A stretch of 63,654 nucleotides of DNA, filler included, from Octopus bimaculoides (taxonomy: Eukaryota): the NCBI RefSeq assembly GCF_001194135.2. It is 7 parts of 7 records of this genome, joined end to end, with 100 filler letters (N's around TTAATTAATTAA, not from the genome) between each part and the next. Parts side by side here need not be neighbours in the genome. Positions count along the whole stretch, not along the records: positions 34,039 to 40,370 come from NC_069000.1; positions 40,471 to 51,786 come from NC_068989.1; 5 more parts are not named here. One strand, given 5' to 3'. Each line of letters opens with the position of its first letter. Position 1 is the stretch's first letter. Made by a program: the position numbers and the translations under genes. The notes beneath the pieces are model-generated. The model saw nothing but the letters and a program-made list of their open reading frames with translations. It was not told where the DNA came from and ran no database searches. Positions 37,332 through 49,624 of this stretch are shown piece after piece.

Positions 37332-37332
<1 letters not shown>
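36950..37332 (+). mobile_element. RTE-clade LINE 3' end with 3' UTR
   Basis: CIKKCQSLKMEGCCGRGRPRKTWDKVLRANLKMLNL, then GTGGTTGGAGTTAGGAAAAGCATC..AACCCATGCCAGCATAGAAAATGGA(TGA)n. Confidence 0.85.
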
Positions 37333-37364
<32 letters not shown>

Positions 37365-37466
37365 GTTAATTGATGGAAAAATTCCACTAGTTGTCAAGAC
37401 AATGAGGTGGCACTACTATCATTACACAACACTAATTTCTTTATGCTGTTGATTGTTTCATATCTA

Positions 37467-38719
37467 TCTATATATATAAAAATGAGAATGTGTGTCTGTC
37501 TGTCTGTGTGAATCCCTAAAACTCGAGAACTACGCAACCAATTTCATTCAAATTTTACACATGCCTTACTTAGGGTTCCAGTTGTGTTTTAGTCAAAAAA
37601 AATTATTAACTTCTTGCAGAGTTCGAGCACACGGCAACATAATATCTCCTCCACTATTTAGGTATTACGTGTCAAAAGTGAAACAAAAACACTCATGTCA
37701 AATACTTTCACTTTAAAAATGAAACTATTCCACTAACTGAAACAATCACATTTCGATACTGTAGTNNNNNNNNNNNNNNNNNNNNNNNNNNNNNNNNNNN
37801 NNNNNNNNNNNNNNNNNNNNNNNNNNNNNNNNNNNNNNNNNNNNNNNNNNNNNNNNNNNNNNNNNNNNNNNNNNNNNNNNNNNNNNNNNNNNNNNNNNNN
37901 NNNNNNNNNNNNNNNNNNNNNNNNNNNNNNNNNNNNNNNNNNNNNNNNNNNNNNNNNNNNNNNNNNNNNNNNNNNNNNNNNNNNNNNNNNNNNNNNNNNN
38001 NNNNNNNNNNNNNNNNNNNNNNNNNNNNNNNNNNNNNNNNNNNNNNNNNNNNNNNNNNNNNNNNNNNNNNNNNNNNNNNNNNNNNNNNNNNNNNNNNNNN
38101 NNNNNNNNNNNNNNNNNNNNNNNNNNNNNNNNNNNNNNNNNNNNNNNNNNNNNNNNNNNNNNNNNNNNNNNNNNNNNNNNNNNNNNNNNNNNNNNNNNNN
38201 NNNNNNNNNNNNNNNNNNNNNNNNNNNNNNNNNNNNNNNNNNNNNNNNNNNNNNNNNNNNNNNNNNNNNNNNNNNNNNNNNNNNNNNNNNNNNNNNNNNN
38301 NNNNNNNNNNNNNNNNNNNNNNNNNNNNNNNNNNNNNNNNNNNNNNNNNNNNNNNNNNNNNNNNNNNNNNNNNNNNNNNNNNNNNNNNNNNNNNNNNNNN
38401 NNNNNNATGCATCTTTGCCTCCACTGATTCACTTGCAAAGTGTTGAGTAAAATTATTTCGTTGCAGACATCCTTTGGGTCTTTTTATTATCACTACGACA
38501 CACATAGTCCCCAGTTGGTAACATTGATTTCAAGGCCCTCCTAGATGAGAGACTGGCATTCCACTTAATGTCTATGTTCCATGCTGGCATGGATTGGAGA
38601 GTTATTAATGTAGAAATATGGTATCGTAGCTACTAACAGTTGAGGGTTGCGTAGTCGAGACGGCGTTTTTAGATTTCATTATTCTCTTTAACCCGGGCAA
38701 AGCCGGGTATTTCTGCTAG
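37467..38719 (+). mobile_element. Non-autonomous Helitron, copy 2 (interior gapped)
   Basis: A|TCTATATATATAAAAATGAG 5' end; 3' CCCGGGCAAAGCCGGG..CTAG|T; retains CpGs inside a CpG-poor domain, so probably young. Confidence 0.8.
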
Positions 38720-40184
38720 TATATAATAAAAACCATAAGTCGTGTGAAATACAGCTACTTAGGTTTACTTGACCAAAACATTAATTTATTTCACCATTTT
38801 TCAAGCTGAGAGCAAGACCATTTGTCAGTTGCTTTTTTAAGTAGGGAACACTCATAAGGAAGAAGACAAATAGAAAAACAGCTGTGTGTGTGTTTGCACA
38901 CGTGTGTGTGTGTGTGTGCACGCGTGTGTGTGTGTGCACGCCTGTGTGTGTGTGTATATAAAACTATGTATATATGTATCTATGTATGTATGTGTGTGTT
39001 ATAATTTATATACATATACATTATGATAAAATAACATTGTTAGTGTTCACTGAAATGGCAAAATTACAGTTTAGGCATTGTTTTCTAATAACATGTTCTT
39101 AGTGTAATCATTAACTACTTAAATGAAACAGGTTTGGTTTTAATTCAAAGTTGGAATTTCAAACACTGCACACTTGTCAAAAACAGAAATAAAATAAATA
39201 AATAATTTTTTTAATTATTTTGCAGATAGCAATTATAATTCAAACAAAACTTAATTTCTATGAATCTAAAAACCTGACCTGACATTTTTCTCCATACCTG
39301 AAACTTGATCTGTCAAAAATATAAAAAAAAAACAAAAACAAAAAAATAAATAAATACAAAATGCACAGAATCTGATCTGAAACTAAAACAAATTATTACA
39401 AATTTGTTTTAAATGAAGCCTGTACCAAGCAACAATTAAATAATGCTGCCTGATTATGGAAATTAAAAAGATAATAGTTTTATATTTTTCCATATATTTC
39501 ATATTGCTTTTTTTTTTTCATCTTTTATTCTTCTTTTAATTATACATCACTGACAAAGAAAACTAATTAATGAAATTTATAAAATATTTAAATTGTTTAA
39601 ACTATATTTTGTTGTGATTTGGGTATTTTGGGGGATTTTTTTTTTTTTTTGCTGGGGTTTTTTTTAATGTCGTAGACCATTAGTATCTTCCCTTCGATTC
39701 TTGTTTTTAGTTTTTTTTTTGTTGTTTTCATTATTGCTTTTTTTTTTCTTATCCAGGTCAAGTCCGATTGAATAAACCTATAATCAAAAGCCTTTCAGTC
39801 CTGTCCTCCCTCATTTTGTTCTTATACAGAATTAATTAATTAATTAATTCTCACACAGTGTGTTTATGCTATGGAATGTATTGATCAATTGATTTCATTT
39901 TATAACACAATTTCAGAATAACAACACCATTAATTATAGGTTTCCAATGAACCAATCACTGAGCTCACAACTTTCTGACAGTCATAGTAACAAGGGAGAG
40001 TCTGTAAGCCGGTGCATAAGACTCGGTTACTGCAAAAGATTTCATTCAAAGAGTACTGGTTCTTCATTGAGTTTTGTATCCTACACGGACCTACCTTGTT
40101 TAAAGATATACATTTACATGCATATATCCTTATCATCATAAACACACACACACACACACACACATACACACACATATATATATC

Positions 40185-40370
40185 ATCATCATCATCGTTT
40201 AACGTCCGCTTTCCATGCTAGCATGGGTTGGACGATTTGACTGAGGACTGGTGAAACCGGATGGCAACACCAGGCTCCAATCTAATTTGGCAGAGTTTCT
40301 ACAGCTGGATGCCCTTCCTAACGCCAACCACTCAGAGAGTGTAGTGGGTGCTTTTATGTGTCACCCGCAC
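40185..40370 (-). mobile_element. Young RTE-type 3' tail (LINE end or derived SINE)
   Basis: Minus sense GGTTGGCGTTAGGAAGGGCATCCAGCTGTAGAAAC..CCCATGCTAGCATGGAAAGCGGACGTTAAACGATGATGAT; truncated by a spacer. Confidence 0.85.
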
Positions 40371-40470
40371 NNNNNNNNNNNNNNNNNNNNNNNNNNNNNN
40401 NNNNNNNNNNNNNNTTAATTAATTAANNNNNNNNNNNNNNNNNNNNNNNNNNNNNNNNNNNNNNNNNNNN
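40371..40470. other. Artificial assembly spacer N44-TTAATTAATTAA-N44
   Basis: Identical 100-bp structure. Confidence 0.95.
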
Positions 40471-40814
40471 TATATATATATATATATATATATGTATTAT
40501 ATATGATGTATATGTATATACACATACATATACATATATATGTATGTATTGGTGTGTACGTGTGTATGTGAGTATGTGAGTGTGTGTATAGATTGATGTT
40601 TACTTTTATGCATGGTTATAAATGTATAACTGTCAGACATTAATAGAATATGGTATACATTTTCATTTACTATTATATAAGATTTGTAAATCATTTCAAT
40701 TGACGAATATGTACGTGTTTTCCCTTGATTAAGATTCCAGCATATTTTTGGCTCTGCTAGTTGATGTTATCAGAAATGCGTGCGTTTCGGAATTGATTCG
40801 AATATTATGGAGTT

Positions 40815-41450
40815 GCCAATAGAGCCGCGAGCTGGCAGAATCGTTAGCACGCTGGGCAAAATACGTAGCGGCATTTCGCTGAGGTCGACGTTGCTTTCAT
40901 CCTTTCGAGATCGATAAAATAAGTACTAGTTGAACGCTGAGGTTGATGTAATTTACTTATCCCTTCTCCCGAAATTGCTGGCCTTGTGCCAATGTTCGAA
41001 ACCAATGTTATTGAGTTGCCAAAAAAGCGGCAAGCTTGTAGAACTGTTAGCACGCTGGGCAAAATTTTTGGCGATATTTCGTCTGTCTTTGTGTTCTGAG
41101 TTCAAATTTCACCGAGGTTGACTTTGCTTTCATCCTTTCGAGGTCGATAAATTAAGTACCAGTTGAACACTAGATCGATTTAACTGGCTTCGCCCTTCCC
41201 CAAACCTGCTGGTCTTGCGCTAAAATTTGAAACCATTATTATAGTGTTGGCTTAGGCGACGAGCTAGCAGAATCGTTGGGATTCGGACAAAATGCTTAGC
41301 GGCATTTCTCCCGGTTTTACGTTCTGAGTTCAAATGCCACCGAGGTCGCTTTGTCTTTCGTCCTTTTGGAGCACGGGTGTCGATGTAATCGACTCACCTC
41401 ATTCCCTCGAAATTGCTGGCCGTGTGCCAAAATTTTAAACCAATATGATA
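40815..41450 (+). mobile_element. Head-to-tail trimer of family A SINEs
   Basis: Three units (~40825, ~41025, ~41255), each with GCAGAA..GTT, GAGGT(C/T)G..TTTG..TTTC and GCTGG.C.TG.GC.AA..TT.GAAACCA. Confidence 0.8.
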
Positions 41451-41657
41451 GAGTTAGCTTGTAGTTCGGGTCTTTGGGATGACCTCAAGGCCGGGCGCTT
41501 GTTCCTTGGGTACATTCACACTGCTCCAGTCCAGTGGTGTTAATGACTACCGGTAAAAAGCATATTACTCTACCTCCTGTATTCGAGTACTATTTTTCCA
41601 CCTCGTTTTACATTTAAGCGCGTGTGTGTATATATATGGATGTCTGTCTGTTTATCC

Positions 41658-41696
<39 letters not shown>

Positions 41697-41719
41697 CATC
41701 TATCTATCTATCTATCTAC

Positions 41720-41761
<42 letters not shown>

Positions 41762-41939
41762 ATCTACTTAATGCTTGATATATACTATTATACTCTGCAC
41801 TACGTTATTGTTCGTTATAACAATACCACCTGGCACATATTTTGTGCTGTTAACAGATCAGATAAACAGTTTATAACCTTCTCCAGGCAGTGTAAACTGT
41901 ATAAATATAAGCTGTAAAAGCAGGAGAAATTTATGTCAA

Positions 41940-42040
41940 AAGAGACAGAGAGAGAAATAGAGAGAGAGAGAAATAGAGAGAGAGAGAGAAATAGAGAGAG
42001 AGAGAGAGAAATAGAGAGAGAGAGAGAAATAGAGAGAGAG
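41940..42040. repeat. Minisatellite with 16-18-bp unit (AG)nAAAT
   Basis: About five units read directly. Confidence 0.85.
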
Positions 42041-42142
42041 AATGGGGGATCCTTCTATCGATGGCTAATGGACGTCCGAGATGTGTAATAGTAAACTGCA
42101 TTAATGAAACGCTACCTTCTGTTTCTTCCACGATTCGGGGCC

Positions 42143-42241
<99 letters not shown>

Positions 42242-42625
42242 GCTCTTCCCCCCTCTCTCTCTCGCTCTTTCTCTCTCAAGATTATAGACACATATTCACA
42301 GTGAAAGCTATACACTGCTTTCACAGATGCTACCAACACAAATCTCGGAAATAGCTTCCATCTTACAAATTCCATTTTGGCATTATATGTTTACAGTGAC
42401 CTTTTCTGTAAACTACAGAACTGTAAAACAGCCCAAACCTCAATGATAAACCAAGGAATTTAGCCTATAGTTTTCTACCGAGGAAACTTATGTTAGTCTA
42501 AAGCAGGTGTTGACCTTTCACTGGACTGAGATACCTCTTAATATGAAGTATTTGTCACACAATGACCACAGCATCGAATCCGTAAAAGAATTTCAGGAAG
42601 GTGAGAGAATTTGATGAAGAATACG

Positions 42626-42983
42626 TGGCACTCCGTCGGTTGCGACGACAAGGGCTCCAGTTGATTAGATCAACGGAACAGCCTGCTCGTGAAATTAACG
42701 TGCAAGTGGCTGAGCACTCCACAGACACGTGTACCCTTAACGTAGTTCTCGGGGGGGGGGAAGATTCAGCGTGACACGGAGTGTGACAAGGCTGGCCCTT
42801 TGAAATACAGGTACAAGAGAAACTGAGGAAAAGTTGTGAAAACGTACAGCAGGGTTCGTCACCATACCTTGCTGGAGCCTCGTGGAACTTTAAGGGTTTT
42901 CGCTCAATAAACACTCACAACGCCCGGTCTGGGAATCGAAACCACGATCCTATAACCGCGAGTCCGCTGGGCATTGTGCCTTC
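42626..42983 (-). mobile_element. SINE family B, near full length
   Basis: Reverse complement of the 5911-6293 copy, including B box GGTTTCGATTCC; A-box region partly deleted. Confidence 0.9.
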
Positions 42984-44004
42984 ACTATTTCTGTTCAGTA
43001 GAATACTTGATTAATGTAGTTTCACTGCTGAGGATGTTGCTGTGCACGTTAGTTATAAATCGACATATCAATTGATTTTAATTAATCTAACCAGAAAGAT
43101 AAATTTTGTGGATGTCAGTTCAAATTAGGGTCACGACCAAATGTAGTCTTTTATTTTTCAATTTGCTCTAAACGATGTTTCCATCCCAGAGGAAAAGAAA
43201 GATTGACAAATGTTCAAATTTTGACCGAGTTAACAAATAAGATTCACTCCAATCAAATTGATACCATTTAATGATCGGCGCTTTGAGAGTTCTTTAGTAT
43301 TGTTAAAACCCAGAATTTTCACGGACCCTGTTGTGACCTCATCAGGAATTCACTTGAAAAGCGTCAGACAATCTCTATTTATCAAAGAGATCCAAATGAG
43401 TGAAGATGGATAATCCTTTTACTGAAGAAGAGCACCAGAAGATGGAAGCTTCCAAACCTAGGATGTACAGTTTGAAATGAGCAACAGATGGATCAATCTT
43501 TACTCAGGTTCATCGGTGCCGGGGTAGGGTGCTTTAAAATATTCTGGATGGGAACTAATTTGTAATAATGCTAAAGTAGAGTTTCGAAATAAGTCTATCA
43601 TTGTAAATCTGAGGATGTACCATCAAATAACGACAGAGCAGTGCCGTCCAGTGCACGCCCTTAGCGACGGGCATGTTCCTACTGGCCACCCATGACCAAG
43701 ACATTTAATGCTCAACTTTGAATTCTGGCCATGAATGTGGTATGTTAAACCATCGTCATAATTTCATCTCAGCCCACTTTGCTAAGTATTATAGCGCTGC
43801 TAGAGGTGACGACGCTGCTCAAGATCTAGTCTTAGATATAATAAACTGTGATCCGTTGTTGGATAAAACTACTTCAGAAATAACTTCTCCGATGATAATT
43901 TTCCGTAATATAATGGATGTTTCTAAAATCCATTGTAGTCCTTATGGCCTGTGTTTGGTTTAAACGTGGGTAGTAGGAGAGGGTCCAATTCATTTAGCCA
44001 TTTT

Positions 44005-44133
44005 ATGGCTGTTGTTGCTACTGCTGCTGTTGCTGCTGATGTTGCAACTGCTGTTGTTGTTGTTGTTGTTGTTGTTGCTGCTGATGTTGCTGCTGTTGCT
44101 GCTGTTGTTGCTGCTACTGTTGTTGCTGCTGCT

Positions 44134-44164
<31 letters not shown>

Positions 44165-44221
44165 TTGTTGCTGCTGCTGTTGTTGCTGCTGTTGTTGTTG
44201 TTGCTGCTGCTGTTGCAACTA

Positions 44222-44278
<57 letters not shown>

Positions 44279-44392
44279 TTGCTGCTGTTGTTGCTGCTGT
44301 TGTTGTTATTTTTGTTGTTGCTGCTGCTACTGCTCTTGTTCTTGTTGCTGCTGTTGCTGTTATTGTTGTTGCTGCTGCTGCTGCTGCTTCTA
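44005..44392. repeat. Long cryptic (GCT/GTT)n trinucleotide array
   Basis: Read directly; produces the poly-A/V, poly-L and poly-S/N ORFs. Confidence 0.95.
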
Positions 44393-44708
44393 CTACGATC
44401 GATGTCGTAGCTTTTCATACTCGAAATACAAGTTTTGGTGTTATTTGTTATTTATTGTTTGTTGTTTGTGTCTGTACTAACCTCAAGATACAGGTTCAAG
44501 GCTGTCCTTGTCCACCGCACCTACCCCTTACCCATGCACCATAAAGGACTCCACCCGTTCATCCACCTACCACCCCTCCATCCTCCACCCTCCACCCGGT
44601 ATTTTCTTTCCTTTCTGCTCTTCCATAGGTTTTATTATTAATCAATTCATTTCTACGCATGTGTCATACATGTGTGTGCGTGTCTGTGCGTCTGTCTGTC
44701 TATCTATC

Positions 44709-44752
<44 letters not shown>

Positions 44753-44761
44753 ATCTATTTA

Positions 44762-44793
<32 letters not shown>

Positions 44794-44875
44794 CCTGCCT
44801 TTCTGTCTATCTTTCTATGTATGTATGTATGTATGTATGTATGTATGTATATATGCATGTATGTATTATCTATCC

Positions 44876-44909
<34 letters not shown>

Positions 44910-45105
44910 TATCTATTGATCGATCCATCTATCTGTCTGTCTGTCTATGTGTGTATCTGCCTGCCTATCGGCCTGCCTGTCGGCCTGCCCGTCGGCCTGC
45001 CTGTCTATCTATCTATCTATCCATCTATCTATCTATCTATCTCTGCTTGTTCTTCAGTCCGCCTGTCTGTCTGCAACTAGAGAGTGCGCTTTTATATTTG
45101 CGTAT

Positions 45106-45136
<31 letters not shown>

Positions 45137-45833
45137 NNNNNNNNNNNNNNNNNNNNNNNNNNNNNNNNNNNNNNNNNNNNNNNNNNNNNNNNNNNNNNNN
45201 NNNNNNNNNNNNNNNNNNNNNNNNNNNNNNNNNNNNNNNNNNNNNNNNNNNNNNNNNNNNNNNNNNNNNNNNNNNNNNNNNNNNNNNNNNNNNNNNNNNN
45301 NNNNNNNNNNNNNNNNNNNNNNNNNNNNNNNNNNNNNNNNNNNNNNNNNNNNNNNNNNNNNNNNNNNNNNNNNNNNNNNNNNNNNNNNNNNNNNNNNNNN
45401 NNNNNNNNNNNNNNNNNNNNNNNNNNNNNNNNNNNNNNNNNNNNNNNNNNNNNNNNNNNNNNNNNNNNNNNNNNNNNNNNNNNNNNNNNNNNNNNNNNNN
45501 NNNNNNNNNNNNNNNNNNNNNNNNNNNNNNNNNNNNNNNNNNNNNNNNNNNNNNNNNNNNNNNNNNNNNNNNNNNNNNNNNNNNNNNNNNNNNNNNNNNN
45601 NNNNCAGTTGTTCAGCACATACCACCACCACCACCGCCACCACCACCACCACCCTTCGTTGAAGTAAACCAGTTTGTCTCTAATATATATTAATATTTCA
45701 TCAACTATTGTTTCCAGCCAGCATCAAATAATGATTGCTGCTGACCAATCACGGATTGCCCCCTTCTCTTACTTGCTCCTCATTAACTTAGCTGTGACAT
45801 TCTAACATACACACATAAGCAGAAACTTACTCA

Positions 45834-45868
<35 letters not shown>

Positions 45869-46053
45869 ATACATACATACATACATACATACATACATAC
45901 ATACATACATACATAATTATATACATACATATATACGTACTTATATTCACCCGGACATTTTGTCTTCTGTATCTCTATCTTAACTTGGTTTCTCTGTCTG
46001 TCTGTCTGATTGTCTGTATCTGTGTGCGCATGTTTGCGCTAGTGTGTGTATGT

Positions 46054-46090
<37 letters not shown>

Positions 46091-47448
46091 CGTCTGCGTG
46101 CGTGTGTGCGTGTGTGCGTGCGCACGTGTATGAACATACACACACACATATACATAAGCAAATATATATATACATGTAAATATATATATATANNNNNNNN
46201 NNNNNNNNNNNNNNNNNNNNNNNNNNNNNNNNNNNNNNNNNNNNNNNNNNNNNNNNNNNNNNNNNNNNNNNNNNNNNNNNNNNNNNNNNNNNNNNNNNNN
46301 NNNNNNNNNNNNNNNNNNNNNNNNNNNNNNNNNNNNNNNNNNNNNNNNNNNNNNNNNNNNNNNNNNNNNNNNNNNNNNNNNNNNNNNNNNNNNNNNNNNN
46401 NNNNNNNNNNNNNNNNNNNNNNNNNNNNNNNNNNNNNNNNNNNNNNNNNNNNNNNNNNNNNNNNNNNNNNNNNNNNNNNNNNNNNNNNNNNNNNNNNNNN
46501 NNNNNNNNNNNNNNNNNNNNNNNNNNNNNNNNNNNNNNNNNNNNNNNNNNNNNNNNNNNNNNNNNNNNNNNNNNNNNNNNNNNNNNNNNNNNNNNNNNNN
46601 NNNNNNNNNNNNNNNNNNNNNNNNNNNNNNNNNNNNNNNNNNNNNNNNNNNNNNNNNNNNNNNNNNNNNNNNNNNNNNNNNNNNNNNNNNNNNNNNNNNN
46701 NNNNNNNNNNNNNNNNNNNNNNNNNNNNNNNNNNNNNNNNNNNNNNNNNNNNNNNNNNNNNNNNNNNNNNNNNNNNNNNNNNNNNNNNNNNNNNNNNNNN
46801 NNNNNNNNNNNNNNNNNNNNNNNNNNNNNNNNNNNNNNNNNNNNNNNNNNNNNNNNNNNNNNNNNNNNNNNNNNNNNNNNNNNNNNNNNNNNNNNNNNNN
46901 NNNNNNNNNNNNNNNNNNNNNNNNNNNNNNNNNNNNNNNNNNNNNNNNNNNNNNNNNNNNNNNNNNNNNNNNNNNNNNNNNNNNNNNNNNNNNNNNNNNN
47001 NNNNNNNNNNNNNNNNNNNNNNNNNNNNNNNNNNNNNNNNNNNNNNNNNNNNNNNNNNNNNNNNNNNNNNNNNNNNNNNNNNNNNNNNNNNNNNNNNNNN
47101 NNNNNNNNNNNNNNNNNNNNNNNNNNNNNNNNNNNNNNNNNNNNNNNNNNNNNNNNNNNATATATATATGCTAAATTTAAATTCAGTAGGGTTTATAACA
47201 CCATTTGCCAAATTCAGACCCAAGGCTCCAAAATCACCCTAAACTCACAATAAAGATACACACGAGTAATGCAATGAACGTATGAAAAATAGGTTTACCT
47301 TTGCGTTGAACACATCCGTAATTAATGTATATTTCAATGCCAATTGATTTCACCCTCTGTATGACCAACGTACTCTGGGATCTTCAGTTGAAAATGACAT
47401 TTTAACATCTATTTCTAAAATATTCACATATATCTGATATATTATATA

Positions 47449-47590
47449 GGCGCAGGCGTGGCTGTGTAGTAAGAAGTTTGCTTCTTAACCTCGTGGTTCC
47501 AGGTTCAGTCCCACTGTCTTCTACAATAATACCAGACTGACCAATGCCTTGGGATTGGATTTGGTAGACGGAAACTGGAAAAAAACCCAT
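47449..47590 (+). mobile_element. CORE-SINE family C head only (internal deletion in CORE)
   Basis: GGCGTGGCTGTGTAGTAAGAAGTTTGCTTC..GGTTCAGTCCCACTG..GGATTTGGTAGACGGAAACTG then (TA)n. Confidence 0.75.
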
Positions 47591-48038
47591 TATATATATA
47601 TATACACATATATCCTATTATAAATTTGAGTGATGTTTCTCTGCCCGTTACGTTTTTATGTTCGTTAACTCCTCAGCTGTTTCAAATAATACTCAGTAAA
47701 TATTCATTATAGCGGACTGAATGACCTTTTTCCTCTTTCATATGAATATAAACTATATGTTTATATATATATCCCTATTATTTTAAGGAAATTAATTCCC
47801 CAACAATACTAGGTATTGAACCAGTATTTCCTTGGATGAACCCATCCCTTCAAGAGGTTAACACAACCTCTAATCGAATATATATAGAATATATATATNN
47901 NNNNNNNNNNNNNNNNNNNNNNNNNNNNNNNNNNNNNNNNTATATATATGTATATATATATATACGTGTGTGTATATATACATATACATATATATACATG
48001 ACTAAGGTCAAGGTCTAATATCTACTCTTAACAGTTAA

Positions 48039-48094
<56 letters not shown>

Positions 48095-48460
48095 GTGTGC
48101 GCACGTGTATGTGTGTATAACTATCCATCTGTCTGTTGGTTATTTGCGTAGATTTTTGCAAATATATACATACAGCCACGCGCGCACGCCCCTCATAAAC
48201 GCGCGCACACACACACACACACAGACATACATGTATGTATGTATGCATGTACGTATGTATGCGTGTATCCCCATGGTATATAAAGTGACCTGTACTTGAG
48301 AGGAACTTCACAAGAAATTCCTCATTATTCCATTCCCCTCCTGACAAATTATATTTCTTGTTGCATCTGTCATTATCATCATGTGATCACGTGCACTGAT
48401 TGACCCTAGCCATCGCAATATTACAACACTAAACTTTTAGTGAAGCGCTATCTATCTATG

Positions 48461-48493
<33 letters not shown>

Positions 48494-48572
48494 GTCTGTC
48501 TGTCTGTCTGTGTCTCTCTTTCTGTCTTCCCCTCCTCCTCTCTTTCTACAGACACACACGTATTTATATACA

Positions 48573-48978
48573 CTCTTTTACTCTCTTTTACTTGTTTCAG
48601 TCATTTGACTGCGGCCATGCTGGTGCACCGCCTTTAGTCGAGCAAATCAACCCCAGGACTTATTCTTTGGAAGCCTCATACTTATTCTATCGGTCTTTTG
48701 CCGAACCACTAAGTTACGAGGACGTAAACACACCAGCATCGGTTGTCAAGCGATGGCGGGGAAGACAAACACAGAAGCACAAACACACACATATATATAT
48801 ATACATATACATATATACGACGGGCTTCTTTCAGTTTCCGTCTACCAAATCAACTCACAAGGCTTTGGTCGGCCCGAGGCTATAGTAGAAGACACTTGCC
48901 CAAGGTGCCACGCAGTGGGACTGAACCCAGAACCATGTTGTTGGTAAGCAAGCTACTTACCACACAGCCACTCCTGTA
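48573..48978 (-). mobile_element. CORE-SINE family C, full length, young (CR1-type tail)
   Basis: tRNA-like head, CORE GGCACCTTGGGCAAGTGTCTTCTACTATAGCCTCGGG, internal (TA)/(TG) tract, tail GGCGGTGCACCAGCATGGCCGCAGTCAAATGACTGAAACAAGTAAAAGAG. Confidence 0.95.
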
Positions 48979-49489
48979 TATTCAATATACATNNNNNNNN
49001 NNNNNNNNNNNNNNNNNNNNNNNNNNNNNNNNNNNNNNNNNNNNNNNNNNNNNNNNNNNNNNNNNNNNNNNNNNNNNNNNNNNNNNNNNNNNNNNNNNNN
49101 NNNNNNNNNNNNNNNNNNNNNNNNNNNNNNNNNNNNNNNNNNNNNNNNNNNNNNNNNNNNNNNNNNNNNNNNNNNNNNNNNNNNNNNNNNNNNNNNNNNN
49201 NNNNNNNNNNNNNNNNNNNNNNNNNNNNNNNNNNNNNNNNNNNNNNNNNNNNNNNNNNNNNNNNNNNNNNNNNNNNNNNNNNNNNNNNNNNNNNNNNNNN
49301 NNNNNNNNNNNNNNNNNNNNNNNNNNNNNNNNNNNNNNNNNNNNNNNNNNNNNNNNNNNNNNNNNNNNNNNNNNNNNNNNNNNNNNNNNNNNNNNNNNNN
49401 NNNNNNNNNNNNNNNNNNNNNNNNNNNNNNNNNNNNNNNNNNNNNNNNNNNNNNNNNNNNNNNNNNNNNNNNNNNNNNNNNNNNNNNNN

Positions 49490-49572
49490 ACTTTGGGAGT
49501 CAATAAAATAAGTACCAGTTGAACTCCCTCGAACTTTGCTGGCCTTGTACTCAAATTAGAAATCATTAAATT

Positions 49573-49575
<3 letters not shown>
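49490..49575 (+). mobile_element. SINE family A 3' fragment
   Basis: GTCAATAAAATAAGTACCAGTTGAAC..GCTGGCCTTGTACTCAAATTAGAAA. Confidence 0.5.

Positions 49576-49624
<49 letters not shown>

Noticed and set aside
44005-44392. Polyalanine/polyglutamine-like coding repeat
   Set aside because: No flanking non-repetitive coding sequence or splice context; it is a plain trinucleotide array.
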